Numbered from the stretch's first letter, positions 11,000 through 24,161 are shown. The stretch: 64,000 bases of DNA from Rotaria socialis (GCA_905331295.1 CAJNYD010000400.1:1-64000); one strand, 5' to 3'. Numbers and translations are program-made. The notes: a model not told the origin generated them from the sequence alone.

Positions 11000-12705
11000 A
11001 TGTCGCTGTAAGCATTGAATATGTTTTAGTATATGCTAACCGTACATTTCTTGTCTATTTTATACTAATATAAATTTAGAACAGGACGTGCTACTATTAG
11101 AATTAAAGATGAAAAAAATCCTGGTGATATTCGTAACTATTCCAATGTGAAGTTACAGCTGACAACTAGTAAATCCAATCCAAAACTTAGTCTTAAACTT
11201 CCAATCGACAATGAGGTATTTTAATATTGACGATGAGATTTAATTTCTATAATTTTCGCACAGGTTGTTGGACGATTTAATTTAAGGGATTGCTCTTACG
11301 TAGAGAAATCATCAGCTCGCGGTACCGTAGAATGTATTCGTAATAATTCTACAGAAGAAATACTGCTTATACTGAATCCAACCGAAGAATCTGCACCGTT
11401 GTTAGAACATTTGCGAAACTATTTGACGGGTTAGTAAGATTTTATTGGAGTAAAACAAATAATTCAGTCCTGCTTCACTTTTTTAAGCTGGTCCTGAAAC
11501 TGCTCGTGGATCTACACCAGAATTTGCTCGTAGACCTGCACCAGGACCTGCTCGTGTAGCTTCACCTGCAGCTATACCCGCACCTATTCCTAATGACGAC
11601 GTGGATCAATTAATTAGAGCATTGAATGATAACAATACCAATGAAGCCAGTCGTTTTGCACGTAAACTTGCTTCGAATCACACAGCAGTTCAATTCTCTC
11701 TTGATATGATTAATGAATACGGAAATGCAGCACCACGACAACCACCAAAGCCTATTATACAACCATTAAAGTAAATATTATAATATTACAGTGCTCTTGT
11801 TTTCTTCGAAAGTGTCAATCGATAGATGTCGCAACAGAAGATTGATTCATATAATGAAATCATAATTTATGCTTTTTTTGAAGCATACTCGATCAAAAAA
11901 TAAAATCTTTACTTAAATATATTAAAATTAAAACATAGACTATGAATATCATGTAATATTGTTTTCTGCAGATTCTTGACGAGGCAATATTTAAAACTTG
12001 TCGATTCGCTCAATCAATTCAGTTTCGCGTACAGTATCATGATAACGGTTAATGCATTTTATAATATAGTTAGTAGTGGATTTTACAAATGTTCAGAAGC
12101 CAACAGCGCTTAGTGAGTTTAGTCTTGGAGATGGAATCTTATGAGAGAAAAACAAAATTGTAAACTCAGAGTCGACAATCCCAAAAGCCATTTTTATCCA
12201 ACATAGAGTAAATATCAAGAATTCTTTTCAGCAACTACTTCTTGACAAAAATAATTATTTCTATGAGTTTTCTTTCAGCTCGTTACTCGATATGCGACAG
12301 ACAATCTACCGATAGCGTTTCTCCCCTACGAAACAAAAAATAGTATTTCAATTTAATTATGTTGCATATATCTTTAGATTGAAGCTAACAATCGAAAGCT
12401 TTTTGATTGACCAATGTACGGATGAAAAATACGATGTGACTATTCTTCCAGGAACAACTATAAAAGATCTTAAACAAATAGTAAAAACGAATACACTGCG
12501 TTGTTTCGAAATTTTTTAAACAACCCATTCTTCTTGTTTTTCTTCTCGTAAGGTCTATCGTGATACAGAAATATCTGTCCAACAGCAGTACTGGTTCATT
12601 AATCGAGAACATCTTACCGATACATATACATTTGGCGTTACAACACCACCTGTGAAAGAAAATACAGTACTTACACTTTATATTGCTAAGCCCCAACAGA
12701 ATTGA
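11000..12705 (+). CDS. SHARPIN-like protein B2: PH-like + Pro-rich linker + LTM + UBL (~282 aa)
   Basis: Exons 11000-11007, 11080-11215, 11264-11429, 11488-11770, 12378-12480, 12553-12705, all phase-consistent. LTM VDQLIRALNDNNTNEASRFARKLASNHTAVQFSL; UBL LKLTIES...GTTIKDLKQI|VYRDTEISVQQQYWFIN...VLTLYI. Confidence 0.8.
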
Positions 12706-12854
12706 CAGCTTTTTTTCTGTGATATTTTATATTAATTCGAATTAATTAAACGCGAGAAAGAATAATTTGAATTTTGAATTTATTTTTAAAGCTTTTTTTT
12801 TCTTATTGAATTTCATTTCTATCTTTCTTTTTCTTCTTTTAATATATTTATGAT

Positions 12855-13533
12855 ATGAACGTAGTTGTATACTTCTCTATCTTATTAATGACTCGGTTTT
12901 CATGCACAGTTCAAAATTGGCAAATAAAAATCATAAATTGTAGTCTGCTCGATGCTAAAAAGCTTCATCCAAATGTAACAGCCATTGTTAATGCTGCTAA
13001 TGTTTATATGCGCGGAGGTAAGAAAACAAATGAGTCAAGAAAATATGTACACATATTTTTCTTCAACGAAACTAGGTGGCGGTCTTGATGGAGCAATCCA
13101 CGCAGCAGCTGGTTCTCAATTATTAGCTGAATTAAAGCAACTTGTACCAGATAAAACTCAAACAGCACAGGTTATTGTTTCAAAAGGATATAAAACAGGT
13201 TTTGATCATATTCTACATGTTGCTGGTCCAGTTTATTCTGAGAAAAATCGCGATGAATCTCGACGACTTCTTGAAGAAACATATAAAAATGTAATACGAG
13301 AAGCTGATAAATTAAAAACAATAACAGCACTTGGCTTAGCATCTATTAGTACGGGTATATATGGTTATCCATTGAATGATGCAGCACCAGTTGCAATATC
13401 AACCGTCGCTCGAGAATTATCACAAGCAGAAAATCTAAAAACTGTTATTTTTACTATGTTTGAAAAACGTGAATTTGATGTATTCACAAAAGCATATGAA
13501 CAATGGAGGAAAAATACTGAAAAAGATTTGTAA
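12855..13533 (+). CDS. Macrodomain protein (MacroD-type ADP-ribosylhydrolase / O-acetyl-ADP-ribose deacetylase)
   Basis: Exons 12855-13017 and 13076-13533 join to AIVNAANVYMRGGGGLDGAIHAAAG; also ILHVAGP and SISTGIYGYP. The start could instead be the second Met (MTRFS). Confidence 0.88.
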
Positions 13534-14270
13534 ATTAAAGTGTTTTCTTATTTCGATAGATAGTAGATGATGTTTTTCTTTTCATAATAAATTATGTCTG
13601 ACTTGTTGTTTTTTCCTCAAAATCTGGATGCACTGAACAGCTTCATATTTAGGAGCAATAAACGTGCATAACTTATTATTTATTTGTATGGTATAAGATA
13701 TTCATTGACAAACTGAATATGAATCCGGAGTCATTGCTTGTATACGACTGGTTGGACAGTATGTTTCTTTTCTCACTTCGATCGTTCTGTGTTGTCTCAA
13801 TGATCATAACAAAAAAATATGTTAAGCAATGAAAGAAACCGTGACGTATACCTTTGAAGATACTTGTGAATGTTTAATGAGTGTATAGAAAGGTAGATAA
13901 AAAATAGACGCTGATATATATTGGTAAATTGAGAAACATTCGATACCTTACACGTGATACGTGCACATACAGTCAGCATTTGATTGATAGCTCGAATAGA
14001 TAAATAAAGACCATTCTTCAATAGCATTTACATGCAATAGAATACGATAAAAGTTAGTAATTATGTATTTCAACGCTTTGCTCCTTTTTTTCTTACTAAT
14101 TTTAAAGACTCACAATATTTTAATAACGGAAAGTCAACAAGAAAGACATGAGATGTAAAAACAAAGACTGATAATAATTCTATTGATTCGAATAATATAT
14201 TTCTTGATCATAGAACACAAGAAACAAGAACGGTTACCTGTTGTTTCATTTACTTTTACAGGCTTTTGAA

Positions 14271-16867
14271 ATGAAAGAATTCGATAATCATCCAGCAAAA
14301 ATAGATATCACAAATATGGATGGACAAGTAAATGCAAGCTTTGTAGGAAATCCTACTGATTATCAGTTGCAAACTATAAGTGAAGAAGAATACCCACAAG
14401 CCAGTGGTTTACTACGAGGAACAGCAGCATCTGCTTCATCCTTTCAAGTTCATTATGAAGCAGCATCTGGTGAAGATTCACATGGAATTACTTTTGCGCC
14501 ACCTCCACCTGCTCCATCATCGGCTTTTACTCATCATCATCAACAACACCATCGATCAAATGAGACAGGTACATTTGAACGGCAATCCTCTATACTCGAT
14601 CCTATGTCAGATCGTGTTAGTACAATTCTTGTTTGGAAAAATTTGGTTGTATTTACGCGAGAAGATAAAAAGAAGTTATTTTTTAAACGTTGTCTATCAA
14701 AAAATGCTGAACCAAAATCAAAACATCTGCTACATAATGTAAGCGGCGCTATTACCGGTGGATTATGGGCTGTAATGGGTGAGTTTTTATTTAATTTTGA
14801 TGCAGACTACGAGTACAAATTGAGTAGTTATCTAATAGTCAACTTAATCAAATTTATTATTAACTAATCAATATTTGAGAGTATACGCTTTCGATTCATT
14901 GACCCTAACTAATGTGGTATAAAATCATACGAATACTTTTCGTACGTTCTTATATTTAATGATCATCCTTATCGCACATGGAAGCATATAAAAGCAAAAT
15001 ATTTCTCATATAGGTCCATCGGGTTCTGGAAAATCAACTCTATTAAATACATTAGCTTGCCGTTTGGATGTCAATACAACTTTTACTGGTGAAATGCGTT
15101 TAAATGGTGCACCGTATGATAATGCTGAATTGAAACGTATTGCTGGTTATGTTATGCAAGATGATTTATTAAATGGATATTTGACTGTTGAAGAAACATT
15201 AATGTATACAGCTGAACTTCGCTTACCACGAACATTCACAAATGAACAACGAAAGCAACGTGTCGATGAAATTCTCGATGAGTTAGGTTTAACACATACA
15301 CGGCATGATGTTATTGGTGTTCAATCAAAACGAGGTATATCCGGTAGTGAACGTAAACGAGTTTGTGTTGGCATGCAATTGCTTAATCGCCCACAATTAC
15401 TGTTTCTTGATGAACCAACAACTGGCTTAGATTCAGTGACAGCACTTGATTTACTTTATATACTTCATGCACTTGCACATGGCAAATCACAAGAAAAAGC
15501 TGTAACGATTGTTTGTTCGATCCATCAACCGCAAGCAAAAATATTTAATTTATTTGATTCGATTGTTTTACTTAAAGCAGGTCATATCATGTATCAAGGT
15601 CCAAGAAAACAATCAACAGTAAGAAGAAGAAGAAAAAGAAAGAAGTTTATTCAAGATTAATAGATAGAATTTTCGATACATTTCAGGAAGTGTTTCGTGC
15701 AGCTGGCTTTCCTTGTCCACTGTTCACTAATCCAGCCGATCATCTTTTAGATGTTATAACACCACCAAAACCTAATCAAGAAAATTCCGATGAAGTTCCA
15801 TTAACAATTGAACAACAAAAATCAGTAGATCAAGCACTTATAAAAGCACAGCCGCCAATTGAAATTGATCTAAACATGGGTGTACATAAACGTGTTGGTC
15901 AAATGGCAAATTTGCCGCGTAATCCACCATGGCATAAACAAATACGAATACTTTTTCGTCGTAATTTACAAGAACAATACCGAAAAAAAATTCTTATCAT
16001 TACTTCTGTTTTACAAACAGTTATCATGGCTGTTTTAATTGGTACCGTTTTTCTAGATATTGGCACTTCACAAACTAGTATACTACGTCGACAACCTGTT
16101 ATTTTCTTTTGTATTATCAATCAAGGTGTTTTTGGTGCATTAACAGTTATTAATTCATTTCCAGTTGAACGAACATTAACATTACGTGAACGAGCATCTG
16201 GAACCTACTTTGCTAGTGCTTATTTTGTAGCAAAAATTCTATCCGATACACTTGTTCAATTACCAATACCAATTGTATTTGTACGTATAATATGAAAACA
16301 ATTAAAATTGAATAATAATGAGATAAATTATTTTCTCTGTTTTTTCCTTCTTCTGATTTTTAGTCGTGTGTTGTTTATTTTCTTATTGGTTTACAGCCGT
16401 ATGCTGCAAAATTTTTTATTTTTATGATTTTTATCATTCTGTGTTCGGTAACATCAACATCAATGGCATTAATGATTTCAGCTCTATGTCGAACGACAGC
16501 ATTGAGTGTAACAGTTTTACCTATGTTACTTGAGTTAACACGTTTATTTGGTGGTTTTTTTGTTCCACCAGCAAATGTACCGGGCTATTTATCTTGGATA
16601 GATGCTTTATCTTATATAAAGTATGCTTTTGTTGGTGCTGCTCTTAATGAATTAGAAGGTTTGCGCTTAAATTGTGACGGAATCGCAGTTACGATCGTAA
16701 ATGCAACATATAATATAACAGCTCAATGTATAACGAGTGGCGAAAAAATCATTCAAACACGTGGATACAATTATATTAGCATCGGTGGTTGTATTGGCGT
16801 TTTATTATCTTTCATTATTTTTTGTCGTTTTTGGGCTTTTGTCGGTGTACGATTTCTTAAACATTAG
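14271..16867 (+). CDS. ABCG (White-type) half transporter, copy 1
   Basis: Exons 14271-14778, 15014-15618, 15687-16280, 16364-16867. Walker A GPSGSGKST, signature ISGSERKRV, Walker B LLFLDEPT, SIHQP, NPAD, C-terminal TMD. Confidence 0.92.
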
Positions 16868-17961
16868 ACTTGGATATGAAAGAATTTCGTCTAATACTAT
16901 TGACATATATACATTTTATGTATTTCATTTCTACTAAATAATAAATTTATCTAATCAGAACTACGCTATTATCTGTTTAAATGTTGATATGATTTCTTCT
17001 ATAGATAAAATGATACCGGTAATATTCAATCTATCATGTATCGGTCTTCAATACAGATCTCTATTGGTCTTTACAACATGCAAGTGCAGTGTAAAGATTA
17101 AATTCTTCTAAAATAATCGTAATCTCAGAGCAAGTTCGAGATTTCGGCTGAATTTTAATAAAAGATGACAATATCACGAGAGTTAGGTCTTTCTAGGATG
17201 CGACAAACTTCCGGCAACATTCGTGCAGGTTCGAATTTCTTAATCTCAAAAGCGAGGAGTCTTTTTTTTAGAAAATTCATTTTTTTTGCTAAAAATCCTC
17301 CTACATAAAAAGCATTGAATTCAATACAAGATCATTACAGTTGTATTATACAAAGAATGCCTTCAACATTTGTCGGCCTCGTATATACTTAGACTACTGA
17401 CAATACAGTGTATTTACGAACTATCACCATTTCAAATCTATTTTCTTACATTGGAAATAAGCAAGATTATTAGGAAAGTATATCATTCTCACTTGCATTT
17501 CAATCATCAACATCATTAGTCGCTTCAACATTCTACAAATGTGCAAGCCGCGTAGAAGAAATTTTCTTGGCATTTGATAGAAATTTGTCATATTGCTAGA
17601 TGATAAAAATATTGAATTGTTTTCCATTACGCAGAAGTATTTTCTTTTTGCAATGTATATGTTTAACAATAACGTATGACATTTAAGAATACTTTACAAC
17701 CCCCTACACAACATTTCTTTTTGAAGATTCATCTCAATTTAAAAATACCCATTTTCTTTTTGCGCTCGTCACATGTTCTTCTCCGTCAAACAAATTAAGT
17801 TTTTAAAATTTTTTTTAACTGTATTTTTTTGTAAATACGTACAGCAAAACAGAAAAAGTCAAAGCTTTTATAATGGAAAAAAATTGAAAAACATATTTAT
17901 AGTGTTAAAGTAAATCTATGTGAAAAAAAGATTCCTACGAGTAGACTTATGGAAGTTAAAT

Positions 17962-19008
17962 CTAATCGATAATCATAATTTCATCATCTTCTATTATTGT
18001 CATCGTTGTTGGTTTTATTTCTGTTGTTGTTATCGGTGATAATGCAGGCGATTCTACTATAATGGTACTTTCTGTGACTTCAACTTCTGTGTCTACTTCT
18101 GTTTCTGCTCCTGCGCCTGCTTCTGCTTCTCCTTCCTTAGTTAGTTGTTGTTGCTTTTTCGCTTCTTCAAGCGTTTCTTTAATTCGATCACGAATACGTG
18201 CTTGACGTCTTTGTAAAAACTCAGTTATTTGTCGTTGTGGTTTAATATCTTTTTTTCGTAGCCATTTGTCAATAGCCTTAAAAACAAAATTTCTTTCTTT
18301 TCATTTGTAAAGAAAAAATAATTTTACTTGTTTGGCATCTTGTTTAAATTTATCAGCTAATGTTAAATATTCATCTGGCTTAATATGACGTCGTACATTT
18401 TCTTTTACAGCTTCATTATAATAATCTCGGATTTGTTCAAAATTTAGATGTTCAGCTTGTTTATTAACAAATTCATTTTTTAAATGTTGTAATTTAGTTT
18501 GTAAAAAGCCCAGCTGGTTTTCATAGGATCTTGATAGTTCTGGTTTAATAAATTTGTGAAAAAGACTAAATTCACGTGAGCAATTGAGACGGGCTAGTTT
18601 TTCTAAATCCGGTGCTTGTAAAGTACGTGCTCCAGATAAAGAAGATGTTGTTGGTTTCGATGATGAAGATGACGATGTCGATTGCGTTTGTGATGTTGAT
18701 GATGGCTGACGTTCGTTAGCATGCGTTGCTGATGTTCTCGGAGGTTTAGGCGGCTTACAAAGTGTAGCTGGTGGTGGTGGTGGCTTTTTGGGTGCTTTAG
18801 GTTTGGGAGGTGGACGAACACGGACTGGTTTTGGTGGTTCAAGACCTTGAGTAATAAGAAAAAAAATATTTGTTCATGACCATTAATCTCGTTTTTTTTA
18901 CTTACGTTTTTGAATTTCACGTGTTTCACATTTTGTAACTCGTTTTACTGTTCTTTCTTTACGTGTTGGAAATCGAACGCCAAATTTAGGTGCGGTTGTA
19001 GACACCAT
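17962..19008 (-). CDS. Uncharacterised ~311-aa protein (basic/Pro-rich N-terminus, helical middle, acidic tail)
   Basis: Exons 19008-18906, 18845-18328, 18276-17962 with GT-AG introns join into one open frame (MVSTTAPKFGVRFPTRKERT...EIMIID*). No family recognised. Confidence 0.7.
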
Positions 19009-21782
19009 CTTAAATAGCAAACGTGAAAGTAGTCATCGTTAACTCAAGGCATTCAAGACAATCGAATATAAGAGAAAGAGAGAACTATGTCGATACTAAA
19101 CATGAATAGTGAAACAGAACAATAGACAACCCAGTTTTTTTATTTCTTCCTACTCGAACACAAATAACCCTGGCTGATGAAAAGAGTATGTCCATGTACT
19201 ATATATCTATACGTAGACGTACGCACATATTACCATCATATGACCTCAACATATACATATAAAACTAAAGAAATACTTTCATCGAACATAGTTTATTTTC
19301 TCATTTCGATTCAATTTCTTATCATATATATTTTGTCGAATGAAAATTTTGTTTTTCTATCAAAAATATTGTTTTTTTCTCAATCGAACTAAGAAACAAT
19401 TAGTTACAATATAAGATTTTTCACATATTATAACCTAAAATTGTTAAACGAAGCTAAGCGAACAACGATAGAAAATGTTGTTCAACAAGAAAAAGATAAC
19501 TTACTTTAAAATACGGGCTGATATTATATCTGCGTTTGTGCTACTCAGTTTTTGAACAATTTTTTGTCAGTCGGCCGACCAACGACAGTCGGAATATTAC
19601 TAAACGTGGGTAGACGCGCACACAGAAGAAGAAAAAAAGAAATGACCGAATGAAAGAACGACGATCGTATGGTTAAGGCGAGTCTCGATTGTAAGAAAAA
19701 GAAAGAATAAAGAGACAGTTGACCGCTTATTGAGAGAACGAGAAAAGGAGAAGAAAAAAACGGGCACCGAGCCCCGAATGAACGAACTGCGTTACATTAA
19801 AGACATACCAATGTTCTACCCCTCCCCCATACTGGGTTATCAACTATGATGCCGTCAGTAGTCATATGATCAGCACGTTTATTTCATGTGGACATTCTAT
19901 TAAAATATATGCTTGTTGACCTCCACTAATAATCAAATTTTGCTCGTTGCTATCGACTCGGTACAAGAATGAATCAAGGCAATCGATACTGTTTGTTCAG
20001 AACTCACGAAATATCTATTTAGCCTAATTTAGTTACATAGAAAAAAAAGTTTATTATCATGATTATTAGATATGTATTTGCAATTTATTTTTTTTCGGTA
20101 GATTCATATCACATTTATCAATTTACCTCCAAAGGTATACGCAGGCCAAATCGACAATAAATAGCCGGTGAAATTTATCCACAAATGTTTACTATTTGAT
20201 TGAAGTTTATAAACGAACTGTTTTTTACTGATTGATCCTTGTATTGATTGTTTAGTTTTACGAGTGAATTTCAAGAGTATCTTCGAAAGCTATCATTGTT
20301 CATAGAAATATTAAAATATTGTACAACAATTCTTTGAAGTATTCTAATATTAATTACTATGTTTCAAAAAAGATAATGGTAGCGTTCATGAAATTTGTGT
20401 ATTTCTGCTAAACTACTGTCCTAGTCGAAATTTTTTTTGCAAGCGCATGCAACTCTTGACTTTCTGGCGCAAGAAAGTCATGCACTATGGACACATCTTG
20501 AGCTCAAGTCTGGGCAAGTGCATGAATAAAAGGTTCGCCTAGGGTGATTATTCAACTTATCGGCCAAACAGAAGTGAACCTTCTCAGAATAGTTAGAGCC
20601 CAGGTTAAAAGAATGTTCAGTATACATCGAAATTATTTTGTTAATGAAACGTTGCGTTACGGTAATCAATTATTAAATGATACAAGGCTGAATGATACAG
20701 GACTCGTCTTACTCAGAATTATACAGTAAGTTTTCTTGAGTTCATTTCAATCTTGAAATGATACATGAATATCTTTGTATCTGGATGCAATGAACCCCTG
20801 TATTTACCGATGCAGAAAGAGTGCATATGCATATAATACCGAAAATAATAATAATAATAATTACATAGTGTTTGTTTTCAATTCTAGAAAAAGGTTAAAA
20901 TAATTTTTACATCTTAGCTTGAGATGATAAACTTTTGAAATTTGCTGCTTTAAAGTGAGGATGTATTTTATGAATGGAGTTTCGATACACTCTGGATGAT
21001 AATTTTTGTCTGTTATTATATTAAAAGAAAATTATCGTCAAATACTCATACATGAATAGATACTATTAATAAACAAGTTTTTGAGCTGAAACATGCGACT
21101 TTATAGAACCCAGGGGCGCATCTATCATAACATGTTACTAAACATGCGCACAAACTAGATACATAACCAGAATTATTACGTGTACATAAAATATTTAAGG
21201 AAAAAAGTGATTTGGTCGACTAGTTTCCTACGATTACTGGTAGAACGAAAGAACGAAAAGCAAAATTTCACGTGCATAATACAACATACATTCATGTGTT
21301 GATCAAGAAAAATACCTGATAACAATGCTGTACCAGGGAGCGATGAAAAACATTTTAGTGAAGGTTAATCATTGGATATACTTTTTTTTGTAAACAGCGA
21401 ACGTTTCATGCTTCATTAAACCGAGTCATGAGTGATCAAGTTATTTTAGCACACTGCTATAAAAGACGTATGAAAAACTCTTGTTGCTAGATTGATAATT
21501 GTAAACAGTACACACATACGCCAGTTCATATTCGATAAAGGTGAGTTTAACACGGAAAGATAACTCTCAAGTTGCCTGATTTCAATCGCAGTTATATTCT
21601 ATTATTTCCCTTTATTTTTTTCATTGATTAATACATATAATTGGAAATAAATTGTACCGAAAAATCTTGAAAAATAAAATAAACTATAGAGAACGCTTTA
21701 GTATTATAGATTTCAGCATTGATATTTATTCATCACTGAAATTTGTATTATTATTTATCTTTGATTTGAAATACGAACTATA

Positions 21783-24161
21783 ATGGATTCAAGAGATCCT
21801 GATTTATTCCCATCATCGTATGCCACTAATTATGAAGACATAAGTCATCGTGGTCTAACAGGAATTATGGGTGATTCGCATTTACCAATATTGAACGAAG
21901 AAGAATATACAGACGATGCATTTATAGTAGAAGAAAAACCTGTATCGTCTATATATAAAGCAAATGTGACAACAGCTGGAAGCTCACATAGTCTACCAAC
22001 AACAACATCTTCTGCTAGTTTTACTGATCAAAGCAACCATCGATCAAGCGCTTTAAAACAAAATGAGCGGCAATTATCAATACTTGATCCACTATCAGAT
22101 CGCGTTAGTACCATTCTTGTTTGGAAAAATTTAACTGTTCACGCTCGACCAAGTAAACGAGAAGAATTTTTTCAACGTGTGAAGTCATATAAAAAATATA
22201 TACCAAAAAGAAAATGCTTACTTAGTAACACTAGTGGAGCAATTACAGGTGGACTATGGGCTGTAATGGGTGAGTTCTATTTTTTTTCGCTTTCGTTCAT
22301 TGATCTACTAATAATATTTTGAAATTCGATTACAATGTATAGGCCCATCGGGTTCTGGAAAGTCAACTCTATTAAATACATTAGCTTGTCGTTTGGATGT
22401 CAATACAATTGTCGAAGGTGAAATGCGTTTAAATGGTGCACCCTATGATAATGCTGAATTGAAACGTATTGCTGGTTATGTTATGCAAGATGATTTATTA
22501 AATGGATGTTTAACTGTTCAAGAAACATTGATGTATGCAGCACAACTTCGCTTACCGCGAGCATTTACAGAAGAACAACGGAAAGAACGTGTTGCAGATG
22601 CTATGGCTGATTTAGGTTTATCACATGTGCATAATGTTATTGTAGGCACACCATTGAAAAAAGGTATATCAGGTGGTGAACGTAAACGAGTTTGTGTTGG
22701 CATGCAATTGCTTAATCGCCCACAATTACTGTTTCTTGATGAACCAACATCTGGTTTAGATTCAGTGACAGCGCTTGACTTACTTCGAACTTTTCATGCA
22801 CTTGCACATGGCAAATCACAAGAAAAAGCTGTAACAATTGTTTGTTCGATCCATCAACCGCAAGCAAAAATATTTAATTTATTTGATTCATTAATTTTAC
22901 TTAAAGGCGGAGGTATTATTTATCAAGGTCCAAGAAAACAAGCAATGGTAAATCTATATTATTATTAGATAGATAGATACTTTATTGTAAAAATTTTTGT
23001 CTTTTTGTTTTTCTTCAGGAAGTTTACCGCATAGCAGGATTCCCATGTCCTGTAACTACAAACCCAGCTGATCATCTTTTAGATGTTATAACACCACCAC
23101 GACGTAATCCAGTTATTGACACGCCTGCAATATCTCTCGAACAACAAGCAGCTATTGATGAAGCTATTCTAAAGGCACAACCATCATTCGATGTTGATCT
23201 CAATATGGGAGTAAATAAACGTTTGGCCCAAATGGCTAACATACCGCCCAGCCCGCCATGGCACAAGCAAGTACGAATTCTTCTTCATCGTACATTCAAA
23301 GAACAACTTCGTCAATCAAGAATTATTATAACATCCCTTGTTCAGACTGTAGTGATTGCTATTTTAATTGGTACTGTTTACTTAAAAATTGGTAATTCAC
23401 AAAAGAGTACTACCTTTCGTGAACCTTCGTTATTTTTTTGTGCTGTCAATCAAGGTGTTTTTGGTGCTCTAATGGTTATTAATTCATTTCCTGTTGAACG
23501 TGCATTAACATTGCGTGAACGAGCATCTGGCACTTATTTTGCTAGTGCTTATTTTATAGCAAAAATTGTTGCCGAAACGCTTATTCAAATACCTGTACCA
23601 ATTATATTTGTAAGTATTTTATTTTAATTTGAACTCTTCAACATTTCTTTCCTTTTTATTTTGTTATCTTCTATTTTATAGTCATCTATTGTATATTTCC
23701 TAATTGGTTATCAAGCAACAGTTGGAAAATTTTTTATCTTTGCACTTTTTATGCTACTATGTTCACTTGCAGCAACATCATTAGCATTAATGGTTTCAGC
23801 TATTTGTAAAACAACAGATATGAGTGTTACTGTATTGCCATTAGCACTTGAAATCACACGTTTGTTTGGAGGATTCTTTTTAGCACCATCACGTTTACCA
23901 ACATATTTTGTTTGGCTTGATGCAATATCCTACATTAAATATACATTTGTAGGCACGGCTTTAAATGAATTAAGTGGTCTAAAATTAACATGCACAGTTG
24001 AACAGGTAGCACAATTTGCGTGTATTACAACTGGCGAATATTATATTAATGAACGTGGCTATGGGTATATTAGTATAGGGGGTTGCATTGGTGTACTACT
24101 AGGCTATATTATTTTTTGTCGTATTGTTGCATTTCTTGGTGTTCGATTTCTTAAAAATTAA
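21783..24161 (+). CDS. ABCG (White-type) half transporter, copy 2
   Basis: Exons 21783-22269, 22343-22947, 23019-23609, 23682-24161, same intron positions as copy 1. Canonical ISGGERKRV. TATAAAA near 21458 and a probable 5'-UTR donor at 21541. Confidence 0.92.

Noticed and set aside
18603..18929. His-rich ORF
   Set aside because: Alternative frame of the Pro/Ser-rich exon of the 17962-19008 gene.
19442..19796. Possible solo LTR (TG...CA ends, purine-skewed)
   Set aside because: No matching TSD, no second copy in the window, and the purine tract is not adjacent.
20478..20729. Short coding-like stretch
   Set aside because: No recognisable motif or consistent splice structure.
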